Assembly (NCBI GenBank): GCA_963719425.1
Contig: OY970382.1
Coordinates: 813,833 to 877,832, forward strand
Length of the DNA stretch: 64,000 bases
Direction of reading: 5' to 3'
Origin: an uncultured bacterium
GTDB taxonomy: Bacteria; Patescibacteriota; Minisyncoccia; UBA6257; 2-01-FULL-56-20
A program made the position numbers and the translations under genes. Positions 38,497 through 47,145 of the stretch are shown here, one piece after another (positions within the stretch are counted from its first letter, which is position 1; each line of letters begins with the position of its first letter). Under the pieces are notes generated by a model, which saw only the letters and a list, made by a program, of their open reading frames with translations, did not search any database and was not told the DNA's origin.

Positions 38497-39024
38497 ATGA
38501 AAAAACTCATTCTCATCATTGCTCTCGTTATCGTCGTTGGCGCGGTGTTGTTGGTTTTTGTAGGCAGGAATCAGTCCCAAGCGCCCGGCGGCGGAGCTGG
38601 CAATCTTCCGACGCCCACAACGACGCCCGGGCCCGTTCCTGCGGGACCGACAATCTCTCTGCAAACAAATCAGGGCGTGGTCACGATGAAGAATTTTTAT
38701 AACGAAGCTGCGGCCGTAAATCAAGCCACCGTATTTTTGAGGATTGATTTTAGGGACACCTACCATTACGAGATGGGCTACAACAGGCAGAACAGCACAT
38801 TCTACATTATGTTGGATACCTATTCTTTGGCGGATGCGATTGAGTACAGGAGTGTGGCCGAAGACGATTTTCTGAACCTAATGGGCATAAGCAAAAGCGA
38901 CGCCTGCAAGTTGCGCGTTGATCTTAGAGTCAACCCGACGTACGTGACCGCCGGCAATTACCCAATTGATTTGGCCCAAATGAATTACGGTTTGAGCTTC
39001 TGCCCGGGCTCGGTAGGTTTTTGA
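38497..39024 (+). CDS. Hypothetical membrane-anchored extracellular protein inside the pilin array
   Basis: N-terminal TM, Pro/Thr linker, two Cys (DACKL, SFCP). Confidence 0.75.
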   Translation: MKKLILIIALVIVVGAVLLVFVGRNQSQAPGGGAGNLPTPTTTPGPVPAGPTISLQTNQGVVTMKNFYNEAAAVNQATVFLRIDFRDTYHYEMGYNRQNSTFYIMLDTYSLADAIEYRSVAEDDFLNLMGISKSDACKLRVDLRVNPTYVTAGNYPIDLAQMNYGLSFCPGSVGF

Positions 39025-39039
39025 TGCCGATGTAGTACA

Positions 39040-39885
39040 ATGAAAACAATGGGATATATTTTGAAACGGGCTGGATACGCGATGCTCTTGCCACTCGCCG
39101 TGGTTGTTGTGATGATTGCTTTGCCAAACCACCTCTTTGCCAGTGGAGGATTCCAGTGCGTGCAGGCTGGCACAGTAAACTACAATGTAAGCCCGACCTC
39201 GGTGAGCGACACGGGAACCAGCATGACAGCAACCTTCAACTTCGCCTCTACTCAAGTTGGTCAGGATCCAACTTGCGACGGTGCTCAGAGCGTGAGCATA
39301 ACTTTTTTCTTCAAGGGCAGTAGCGGCAACTTATTGGGACAGCAGGTTTGGTCCGGTCCTACCATACCGTCCGACCCGGTAACCGGCATGAATCAGAATG
39401 TAAGTTATGGCAATACGTATACCTTCACACTGGGGACGTTTAACCAAACGCAGGCTTCGTTGGGCAGCGGCGCGACCTTTAGCAGTTATGTCCAAGTCAC
39501 CGATGCCAATTCTGGCAGCCAAATCACACAGAGCTCGCCAGTCGCAATAACGTACGGCAGCGGCGGCACCCCTCCCATTTCGCCTTCCAGTCCCGTTACC
39601 AGCTCCAGCTCCATCGCGCTCACGAATCCCTTGGGAAGCAGCTGCAATGACCTGACCTGCCCCTTGGCCGCCGTCATGAACTTTATCTTCACTATCTCCA
39701 TTCCCATCTGTGGTATTATTATCCTAATCGGAGGTTTTCAGATGATGACGGCTGGGGGAAATCCGGAAAAATTCAGCACCGGAAAGAAAACCATCCTCTA
39801 CGCGGTCATCGGGTTTGTGGTGGTTCTTCTTGCGGGTGGTGTTGCCAAACTCATCCAGAGCATATTAGGCGGCGGGTCAAGTTAA
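39040..39885 (+). CDS. Pilin-domain protein 3 with N-terminal secreted beta-rich domain
   Basis: Signal peptide, Ser/Thr beta-rich region, LTNPL..C...C, GGFQMMTAGGNPEKFSTGKKTILYAVIG. Confidence 0.78.
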   Translation: MKTMGYILKRAGYAMLLPLAVVVVMIALPNHLFASGGFQCVQAGTVNYNVSPTSVSDTGTSMTATFNFASTQVGQDPTCDGAQSVSITFFFKGSSGNLLGQQVWSGPTIPSDPVTGMNQNVSYGNTYTFTLGTFNQTQASLGSGATFSSYVQVTDANSGSQITQSSPVAITYGSGGTPPISPSSPVTSSSSIALTNPLGSSCNDLTCPLAAVMNFIFTISIPICGIIILIGGFQMMTAGGNPEKFSTGKKTILYAVIGFVVVLLAGGVAKLIQSILGGGSS

Positions 39886-39901
39886 AATTTATTTATTAGG
39901 C

Positions 39902-40270
39902 ATGGAAAAGATAAAAAAAATGGCGGTTTGCAGCGCGGTCGGTTCATTTACGATGTCGCTTATCACGGCCGCAAGCGCGGCGACGGCCCCTACGAGCACC
40001 ATCACGAGCGTGTCGGATATTACCACCCTCCTCTGCGGGATATTAAACTGGGTCTTTTGGGGACTCATCGTGGTGGGAATAATAATGTTCCTCATGGGCG
40101 GGTACCGCTATGCGACGTCGTCGGGAGATCCCGAAGGTGTCAGCAAGGCGAATAAGACGCTCCTTTATGCCGCGATTGCGATCGTAGTCGCGCTAGTAGC
40201 AAGAGGAGTCCCGGTTTTCATAGGAAGCATCTTCGGCGTGCAGCCCTCAAGTTTGAGTGTGTGTCCGTAA
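39902..40270 (+). CDS. Pilin-domain protein 4
   Basis: LCGILNWVFW...GGYRYATSSGDPEGVSKANKTLLYAAI...VCP. Confidence 0.8.
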   Translation: MEKIKKMAVCSAVGSFTMSLITAASAATAPTSTITSVSDITTLLCGILNWVFWGLIVVGIIMFLMGGYRYATSSGDPEGVSKANKTLLYAAIAIVVALVARGVPVFIGSIFGVQPSSLSVCP

Positions 40271-40283
40271 TGTTATAATAAAA

Positions 40284-40712
40284 ATGATGGTGAGGAACAT
40301 GCTTTGCAAAATTAATTCGCGGACGGGTCGGATATTACTTTCCGCATCACTCACCGTTTTTGCATTCTTTGTGGCACGGGTCGCCGGGGCGACGACAACG
40401 ATCATCAATCTGCCACCACCAAATGGCATAACCGCTCCTTCAACAACGCTCTCGACGACCGACATCACCACCCTTTTCTGCGGCATCATTAACTGGATTT
40501 TCTGGGGGCTCATTGTGCTCGCCGTTGTTATGACTCTCGTTGGGGGTTATGGGTATGCGGTATCGTCGGGAGATCCAGAGAAGGTTGGCAAAGCGAACAA
40601 AACTCTTCTCTATGCCGCGATCGCAGCTGCGGTTGCAATATGCGCGTGGGGAGTTCCCTCGCTCATTGGCAGTGTCTTGGGCGCCGGCACCCTTAGCCAG
40701 TTTTGTAAGTAA
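40284..40712 (+). CDS. Pilin-domain protein 5
   Basis: FCGIINWIFW...GGYGYAVSSGDPEKVGKANKTLLYAAI...FCK. Confidence 0.8.
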   Translation: MMVRNMLCKINSRTGRILLSASLTVFAFFVARVAGATTTIINLPPPNGITAPSTTLSTTDITTLFCGIINWIFWGLIVLAVVMTLVGGYGYAVSSGDPEKVGKANKTLLYAAIAAAVAICAWGVPSLIGSVLGAGTLSQFCK

Positions 40713-40717
40713 GAACA

Positions 40718-41131
40718 ATGAGGAAAATCAAGACAGTACCTCTCTTTGCGGCAGTCGGCGCGACAATTTTGGTGGCGATGGTTTTTGCGCAAACCGCCGC
40801 TGGTCTCGCTGGTCCCACGCCGCCTCCCGGCGTGACAACGCTGCCCACGAGTCCGGTTCAGAATGTTACGAACATTTCCGATATTGTGTGCGGCATCCTT
40901 TTGTGGGTATTTTGGCTTCTCATCATGTTTGCCATTATCATGTTCCTCATGGGCGGCTATCGTTATGCAACCTCTGCGGGCGAGCCGGAAAAAGTGCAAG
41001 GTGCGAACAGGACGCTTCTTTATGCCGCAATCGCGGTCGTCGTAGCCCTCTGTGCGTGGGGAGTTCCCACCCTTATAGACAGCTTCCTGGGAGGATTTAA
41101 CGTGGGGATGCTCACGAGCATCTGTGGATAA
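40718..41131 (+). CDS. Pilin-domain protein 6
   Basis: VCGILLWVFW...GGYRYATSAGEPEKVQGANRTLLYAAI...ICG. Confidence 0.8.
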   Translation: MRKIKTVPLFAAVGATILVAMVFAQTAAGLAGPTPPPGVTTLPTSPVQNVTNISDIVCGILLWVFWLLIMFAIIMFLMGGYRYATSAGEPEKVQGANRTLLYAAIAVVVALCAWGVPTLIDSFLGGFNVGMLTSICG

Positions 41132-41207
41132 GAGAGCCAGTTTGTTTTTCCAAAAGAAAGGGGTATACTAAGACGGTAACTGGAAAGGTCGAAAATCCCA
41201 ATTATCC

Positions 41208-41594
41208 ATGAAAACAGTAAAAGAATTTGCGAAGGGATTGGCGGCACCGGTCCTCGCGCTCGGACTTCCGCTTGTGGCATTGGCGCAGTTTACGGGGCCG
41301 GGTGTGACGGCACCTGCGGCGCCGATATCAAGTGTGGGACAAATTGCGGGCGCGAACGGCCTTCTCTGCACGATCATCAACTGGTTGTTTTACTTGATGA
41401 TCATCTTGGCCATCATCTTCGTTTTCGTCGCAGCGTTCAAGTACTTAACTGCCGGAGGTGATCCCGAAAAGGTGAGTAAGGCGGGAAGCACGCTGCTCTA
41501 CGCGGTAATTGCCGTCGTGATCGCGCTCGTCGCGAAAGGAATACCACTGATCATCTCAAGCTTCCTTGGCTCGAGCACCTTCACCGCGTGCTAG
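41208..41594 (+). CDS. Pilin-domain protein 7
   Basis: LCTIINWLFY...AAFKYLTAGGDPEKVSKAGSTLLYAVI...TAC. Confidence 0.8.
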   Translation: MKTVKEFAKGLAAPVLALGLPLVALAQFTGPGVTAPAAPISSVGQIAGANGLLCTIINWLFYLMIILAIIFVFVAAFKYLTAGGDPEKVSKAGSTLLYAVIAVVIALVAKGIPLIISSFLGSSTFTAC

Positions 41595-41631
41595 CTGGTT
41601 GCCGTCCTGACTTATTGCGGCCGCGTTTTTC

Positions 41632-41655
41632 AAAAGGCCCCTTGTGGGGCCTTTT
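41632..41655 (+). terminator. Intrinsic terminator closing the pilin array
   Basis: AAAAGGCCCC-TTGT-GGGGCCTTTT. Confidence 0.75.
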
Positions 41656-41697
41656 GGATTCCATAATTTGTTTTCATAAGAGATTTATTAAAAAGCG

Positions 41698-41722
41698 AAG
41701 CCGTTGGCGGTGCCAACGGCTT
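41698..41722 (-). terminator. Hairpin downstream of the minus-strand gene pair
   Basis: AAGCCGTTGGC-GGT-GCCAACGGCTT. Confidence 0.6.
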
Positions 41723-41757
41723 GTTGTGGGAAAGGATTCCTCCCACATTAACCCTTA

Positions 41758-41813
41758 CTAGGGAAGCGGAATTCGGCACATCCGCCTAGGGAAGCGGAAT
41801 TCGGCAAATCCGC
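41758..41813. repeat. 28-bp tandem duplication (one mismatch)
   Basis: CTAGGGAAGCGGAATTCGGCA(C/A)ATCCGC at 41758 and 41786. Confidence 0.9.
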
Positions 41814-42738
41814 GCCCTTTCAGGTAGAAAGAGCTGCAGTCCGTAAAGTCATTTCCAAAAGGCTCGTATCCGACACGAACTGGTTGTGGCGCAGAACGGC
41901 CACTGCACCACACCGAAGCCCCGTCGCCGGGATTTGCACTGTGAACCACCTCAACGTTTCCCGACGTGTCCACGGTGAAGGGGCCGTGATAGCAGTCATC
42001 CCATAGATTGATTCTCGAAAAACCATACGTATTGGGAATCAGGTTTTGGGGTTCTGCCTGCGAACAAATCCGTGCAGGTTCTTTCGAATCCACAGCCGCC
42101 CTTTCGGCTCTACTGGGTGGGGCAGCAAAGAATGACATCGTTACCAAAACAATCAGGGCCACAATCCACCAGGTCCTGTGCATCCTTCCCGTAAGGATGC
42201 CGTGAACCTTGAATGCCCACCAGGTCATGATCAACATGATGAGCATCAGAACCTGGGAAGGTCTATTTGAGACAGGAACGAAGGTGCAGTAGATGCTAAT
42301 ACAAAGGCCAACAATAAAACTGGCCACCACTGCTCCGAAACATTCCTTCAGCCAGCGTCCCACCTTGGGGAGTGCAAAAGCCGCTAGCATAAACCAAAAG
42401 ACCCTCACGCTTCGGTGTTGAGAGACCTGGATGCTTCCTAGGGCGAGCGCCAGGATTCCGGTAATCATGAATACGATAGCAACGAGCGGCACCATTGCCT
42501 CTTGTACGCTTGGAGCAAACGCTGCAATCGTGATTACGGCCAGAATCCACACGAGGATTCCGGCGAGCCAAAAGAGAACCCACTGTCGGAGGGAAGCGAT
42601 TATGATTTGGGCGCGCTGCCTCAAATCATTGACGATTGGCTGGGCTCGTTGAACAACATTCCTGCCGGCTTCATAGGCCTCTTCTCCGAGGAGTTCCAAT
42701 GTTTCCCCGAATTCCCGCAAAAACCGTCCAATGTTCAT
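41758..42738 (-). CDS. Hypothetical multi-TM protein with C-terminal Cys-containing soluble domain
   Basis: 326-aa ORF, about 6 TM segments, GAAGGAG upstream, 4-nt overlap with the upstream gene. Confidence 0.7.
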   Translation of the reverse strand: MNIGRFLREFGETLELLGEEAYEAGRNVVQRAQPIVNDLRQRAQIIIASLRQWVLFWLAGILVWILAVITIAAFAPSVQEAMVPLVAIVFMITGILALALGSIQVSQHRSVRVFWFMLAAFALPKVGRWLKECFGAVVASFIVGLCISIYCTFVPVSNRPSQVLMLIMLIMTWWAFKVHGILTGRMHRTWWIVALIVLVTMSFFAAPPSRAERAAVDSKEPARICSQAEPQNLIPNTYGFSRINLWDDCYHGPFTVDTSGNVEVVHSANPGDGASVWCSGRSAPQPVRVGYEPFGNDFTDCSSFYLKGRGFAEFRFPRRMCRIPLP

Positions 42739-43403
42739 TGCGACACTCCTTCCTGCCGAGCAGCTCGGCGATTTCTCAGAAAAGTGTTGAGGGTATGGAG
42801 TCCGTCGGCGGCTTTCCCTGCGGCTCCGTCCACGGCGCTGCCCGTTTCGGCAAGCAGACCGCTGATTACGCCGAAGATCTTGTGAAGTTCTTCTCTGCTT
42901 GTGAGATGCTTAGTAAGAGAAGAAGGTTCTTTGTAGAGCGCGCGTAAAGTTGCAAGCTCAAGCGTCAAACGAGCCTGCACCCTGGGAATATCCGCATCCG
43001 TCGCGCCATGAATCTTTTGCCATGCTTCCTTGGCGAAGGAGTTGAGGATTGTTGGCGGAATTCCAGGAATCACAGCTTTGACATCTCGTTGTACTTTTTG
43101 GACCGCTTGGTCGCCCAGTTCTTCCGAAAGTGACTCCAGGACGTCTGTGCTTTTTTCCCCGAGGGCTCCCAAGAATCCGGTGCCCCCAAACTCACCCTCC
43201 AAGAAGCCAGAAAGCCCATTCAAGATGGTCCTAAACCCGGCTGAGCGGAAAAAGCTTTCGTCCGGAATCCTCGATGCAACGTCCCGTGCGAACGCTTGAA
43301 TTGCGGGATTCCCAAGCATGCTCAGAATTCCGTTCCAAATCCCACTCCTCATCTTCTCTTTCCTTTCCTGTTTGTTTCCCCTGTCATTCCCTTTCTCTGC
43401 CAT
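42735..43403 (-). CDS. Hypothetical helical protein
   Basis: 222-aa ORF with AAAGGAG 7 nt upstream. Confidence 0.7.
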   Translation of the reverse strand: MAEKGNDRGNKQERKEKMRSGIWNGILSMLGNPAIQAFARDVASRIPDESFFRSAGFRTILNGLSGFLEGEFGGTGFLGALGEKSTDVLESLSEELGDQAVQKVQRDVKAVIPGIPPTILNSFAKEAWQKIHGATDADIPRVQARLTLELATLRALYKEPSSLTKHLTSREELHKIFGVISGLLAETGSAVDGAAGKAADGLHTLNTFLRNRRAARQEGVSQ

Positions 43404-43539
43404 AATTAGCTCCTTTCGTTTCGTTAGAATCTATCGATACTAGGCCGAATGAATTTTAATCTGCCGTGTAGATGTTATCATTAAATCAATAGTTTGTCAA
43501 GTATTGTAGATGTTGCACAAGATATTAAAATTGTAGGGC

Positions 43540-43621
43540 GTCGAGGTGGCGGAACTGGCATACGCGCAGCGCTTAGGACGCTGTCCCGCAAGGGTTGTGG
43601 GTTCAAATCCCACCCTCGACA
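43540..43621 (+). tRNA. tRNA-Leu(TAG)
   Basis: GTCGAGG...CAGCG CT TAG GA CGCTG, long variable arm, GGTTCAAATCC...CCTCGAC-A. Confidence 0.93.
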
Positions 43622-43692
43622 CTCACAGCATAAAGGAGAGCTTCTTCCCGCTACTGCGAAGACGAAGTCGCTGGAAGAAATCTCCTGCGGGC

Positions 43693-44598
43693 TTATCCGC
43701 GCCTTCTCCCGTGGAACGCCTGGTGCACTTCGCGGAGTGCTTTATTCGTGAGATGGGTATAAACCTGCGTGGTAGAAATATTTGCGTGGCCGAGAAGTTC
43801 CTGGACGGAGCGGAGGTCGGCGCCGTTCATGAGGAGGTCGGTCGCGAAACTGTGGCGGAGCTGGTGCGCGTGGACGTGCTTCGCAATGCCGGCTTCGCGC
43901 GCCCGCGTGGCGACCAGTCGCTGCACGGCGCGCGGCGTCACGCGCCCAATCACTTTTCCGGATTTGTTCAGGCTTACAAAAAGTGCCTCCTCCGCGTCGC
44001 TGCGCTTCGCAAGATATCTTTGGATGGCCTCGCGTGCCGAGTTAGAAATAAAAACAACGCGCAGTTTGTCACCTTTCCCGCGCACGGTGACCTCACCGCG
44101 TTTCAAATCCAAGTAGCGGCTTAGGGAGCACAACTCGGCCAGCCGAAGGCCCGTAGAGAAGAATGTTTCCAGGACCGCTTTGTCGCGGAGCGCGCGTAGG
44201 TCGTTGCTCTTGGGCGCCGCGAGCAAACGTTCCAGGTCTCCGTACTCAAGCACCTCAATCTGCCGCGAAGGCGTTTTGGGAAGCTCTATTTTTTCCGCCG
44301 CGAGCGTTTTCACATCGCGCCTCGCCAAATATTTCAAAAAGTTCCGGAGGGCGATCACGTAATAGCTTTGCGTGACCTTTTTGATCGCCGCGCCGTCATT
44401 CCCGCGCTCGCGGCGGGCGAGCGCAAGGCGGAACTCGCGTACCGCGTCGTCCGTGATGTCCGCCGGCCTCCGCACTTTGGAAAATTTCAAAAACTCATTC
44501 AGATAGTGCTCGTAATTCTCGCGCGTCTTCGGCGAGCGGTTCTTTTCTATTTCCAGATAGTTCAGATAATCCTTGAGTAGTTTTTCAATGTCGGTCAC
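43693..44598 (-). CDS. XerC/XerD-type tyrosine recombinase
   Basis: SAM-like N-terminal domain; STGLRLAEL, RGKGDK, HQLRHSFAT, LGHANISTTQVYTH. GTG start at 44598. Confidence 0.92.
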   Translation of the reverse strand: MTDIEKLLKDYLNYLEIEKNRSPKTRENYEHYLNEFLKFSKVRRPADITDDAVREFRLALARRERGNDGAAIKKVTQSYYVIALRNFLKYLARRDVKTLAAEKIELPKTPSRQIEVLEYGDLERLLAAPKSNDLRALRDKAVLETFFSTGLRLAELCSLSRYLDLKRGEVTVRGKGDKLRVVFISNSAREAIQRYLAKRSDAEEALFVSLNKSGKVIGRVTPRAVQRLVATRAREAGIAKHVHAHQLRHSFATDLLMNGADLRSVQELLGHANISTTQVYTHLTNKALREVHQAFHGRRRG

Positions 44599-44695
44599 AG
44601 GATTATTATATTCCTCTCGTGTCGCAAAATAAAAGAGAAGGGTTTGCACCGGCGCCACGATCTGTTATAATCGTAAAAATGGCGTGGATGGGCTC

Positions 44696-44724
44696 TTGCG
44701 CAAAAATTGAGCCTGTGCTATAAT
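44696..44724 (+). promoter_or_regulatory. Sigma70-type promoter
   Basis: TTGCGC-17 bp-TATAAT with extended -10 TG, 11 nt before ATG 44736. Confidence 0.6.
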
Positions 44725-44735
44725 CCTGGAAACAA

Positions 44736-46499
44736 ATGGCTACACCAGAGAATATGCCGCAAAACAAGGAGTATAAGATGGAAGAAGGCGGATACCTAAT
44801 AGGGGGTCCGGAGAGCATACCCGAGGGCCGGCTGGAGGCTGCCGCAGAGGCAGGAGAAGCGGGTCGGAAAGCAAGCGGCCTCATCGTTTTAACCGATGTT
44901 CTGGAGGGTGTGAATCCTAAGGCGGCAGAGAAGGTGGAGAAGGTGACGGAACCGGCAAAAGACCAGGCGGAAAAGGCCTTTGAAAAAGAACGGGCCACAT
45001 GGGCCACGATGAGCCCGGAGGAAAGGCAGGCAGAAAAGGAACGTCGCAGGAGTATGATTGAAGATCTCAATAAGACGGTGCAACAGCACAAAGGCGTTGA
45101 AAAGTTCGGTGCCGAGGAAGGAGTTGGATACAACAAGGGAAGAGCCTACGGGCGCGTTGAAGAGAAAGTTGTGGAAAACGAAGCCGCCATTCGCGGGTTG
45201 GAAAAGGCGGACACGCAAGCGGAGATCGATCGGCTCAAAAATGAAGTTGCCGATCTGAATAAAACAGTGCAAGAGCACGGAGGGGTGGAGCGCTTTGGCG
45301 CCGAAGTCGGATACAGCAGCGCAAAGGCATACGGGCGTCTTGAAGAAGAAGTTGCAAAAAAGGAAGCCAGAATTAAGGAACTAGAAGGGAAAATGCGCGG
45401 ACCGACGAAGCAAGCGAAACCGCAGGAAGGCGGAAAACCGACAGAGCCAGAAAAATCAGAAGATCTTCTTCCGAAAGGAGGCCTCACCCTCTTCCGGGAG
45501 GCCCACGAGAAGGCGAAAGAGAAACCGTCCGCGTGGGGATGGATCAAGGAACGCGCGAAGGGACTCGCAACGTTTGGTTATTGGGAATTCCATCGCGGGG
45601 AACAGTTCCGCGGCGCCACAAAAGAACAGGGCAAGGAAGTCGCCGCCATGGCTGCAAATATAGAGAAAGTGCCGCGCCTTTCTTTGGAAGATGCTCTTGA
45701 AGATGCGGAAAAAATAAAAAAGATGATGCAGGCGGAAGGGAAGGAAAAAGCCGCAGGAAAGGATTATGAGAGGTATTCGGAGGCCGTTACTGACCCAGCT
45801 ACCAAAGAAAAGTGCGCAAAGAATTCCAAGGTAATGGATGCCATTATGGCGGGCACTATGGCCAAGCTTGAGGAGAAGCTCAAAACTTACAAGAGCGCTT
45901 CTGGCTTGAAGGTCATGGAGATCGAGAAGAATAGGAAGGCGTTCCGGGAGAATATGCGGGAAGAGCTTCTCGCGTTGCAGGCTGGCCAGGTAGGCGCCGA
46001 CAATAAGAAATTCGCGAAACTTTTAAGGGACAGTTTTGACCCAAATTATTGGTCGCGGTATGTCTACGGTGGTCTTGAGTTGGCTCTTGAGGCGGCGGGC
46101 ATCAAGCTTTTCTTTACGCATTACATAGCAGCGGAGGCTTTGAAAGCGAAGGCTGCGGCGGCGGCGAGTGAGGCTGCTGTAAAAGGGAAGGCAGTCGCGG
46201 GCGCTGCAAAGATGGAGGCGGTTGGCGATAAGTTAGGAATGAAAGATACTATTTGGAACACCTGCAAAATATGGCTAAAGCAGCAGGGAGTCGCGCATCC
46301 GACGAACAGCGAGATTATGCAGCTTTCAAAGCAGGTTGCCGTTGATAATCATATCGGCGTGGCGCCCTGGAATATTCCGGGGAATCCCATGGATGTCGCT
46401 ATGCACCAAGGATATCTTCTCAAGTGGACGAAAGCGGTGGTTGGGGTTGGGAAGACCATTTTAACAAAACACGCCGCCGCTGCCGCAACACTACACTAA
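44736..46499 (+). CDS. Large hypothetical coiled-coil protein with a 63-aa-spaced internal repeat and LysM-like C-terminus
   Basis: DLNKTVQxHxGVExFGAE..GY...AYGR.EE occurs twice; C-terminal DTIW...DNHI...HQGYLL. Confidence 0.75.
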   Translation: MATPENMPQNKEYKMEEGGYLIGGPESIPEGRLEAAAEAGEAGRKASGLIVLTDVLEGVNPKAAEKVEKVTEPAKDQAEKAFEKERATWATMSPEERQAEKERRRSMIEDLNKTVQQHKGVEKFGAEEGVGYNKGRAYGRVEEKVVENEAAIRGLEKADTQAEIDRLKNEVADLNKTVQEHGGVERFGAEVGYSSAKAYGRLEEEVAKKEARIKELEGKMRGPTKQAKPQEGGKPTEPEKSEDLLPKGGLTLFREAHEKAKEKPSAWGWIKERAKGLATFGYWEFHRGEQFRGATKEQGKEVAAMAANIEKVPRLSLEDALEDAEKIKKMMQAEGKEKAAGKDYERYSEAVTDPATKEKCAKNSKVMDAIMAGTMAKLEEKLKTYKSASGLKVMEIEKNRKAFRENMREELLALQAGQVGADNKKFAKLLRDSFDPNYWSRYVYGGLELALEAAGIKLFFTHYIAAEALKAKAAAAASEAAVKGKAVAGAAKMEAVGDKLGMKDTIWNTCKIWLKQQGVAHPTNSEIMQLSKQVAVDNHIGVAPWNIPGNPMDVAMHQGYLLKWTKAVVGVGKTILTKHAAAAATLH

Positions 46500-46510
46500 C
46501 AAAAACAAAC

Positions 46511-46810
46511 ATGGCAGAGTTATCACCGGCACTCAAATATAAGATAACAAAAGCGGCCACGCTTCTCGCGCAGTCGCCGATTGATGACAATATCAAGAAT
46601 ATTCTGAACGAAAAAATAGGGCAGCTTTCAGAAACAGATTTGGACAATCTGATCTATTCCCTTGAACGCGAAGCGAGCGAGCTTGCCGTCATCGGGCAGA
46701 AGATTAAGAAATTCGACGAGGAGCAGGACAAAGATTGGAAATCACTCGAGAAAAAACAGCAAGAGAAGGCGGACCAGATGGCGGAGGATTTCCTGAAGAA
46801 GCTCGCATAG
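46511..46810 (+). CDS. Hypothetical small helical protein
   Basis: MAELSPALKYKI...; 99 aa, co-oriented with its neighbours. Confidence 0.65.
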   Translation: MAELSPALKYKITKAATLLAQSPIDDNIKNILNEKIGQLSETDLDNLIYSLEREASELAVIGQKIKKFDEEQDKDWKSLEKKQQEKADQMAEDFLKKLA

Positions 46811-46878
46811 GCGCAGTAGGAACGTGCGGTGCGTGAGAAACTTTGCGTTTTTTCGTCGCAGGCGGTAACATATATTTA

Positions 46879-47145
46879 ATGCTTACGAAACGAGTAAAAT
46901 CCCGCATCATCGGGGAGCACGGCGAACACAGCAAGGACACGGGTTCGGCGCAGGTACAGGTTGCGATGCTTTCGCGCCAAATTGACGAACTTGCGACGCA
47001 CCTGAAGAAGAATCCGAAGGACAACCACTCGCGCAGAGGGCTTTTGAAAATGGTTTCCAAACGCAGGAAGCTTTTGTCATACCTCCAAAAGCACGAACCA
47101 TCCGAATACGGGAAGTTGATAAAGAAACTTGAACTTAAACGCTGA
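46879..47145 (+). CDS. rpsO: 30S ribosomal protein S15
   Basis: DTGSAQVQVA, HLKKNPKDNHSRRGLLKMVSKRRKLL. Confidence 0.97.
   Translation: MLTKRVKSRIIGEHGEHSKDTGSAQVQVAMLSRQIDELATHLKKNPKDNHSRRGLLKMVSKRRKLLSYLQKHEPSEYGKLIKKLELKR

Noticed and set aside
37128-41594. Type IV (PilA-type) pilins
   Set aside because: No G|FTLIE prepilin motif; the two-helix hairpin fits VirB2/TrbC-like proteins instead.
43540-44598. Prophage or integrative element at tRNA-Leu
   Set aside because: The recombinase looks like a ~300-aa housekeeping Xer; no duplicated tRNA 3' end and no phage genes were found.
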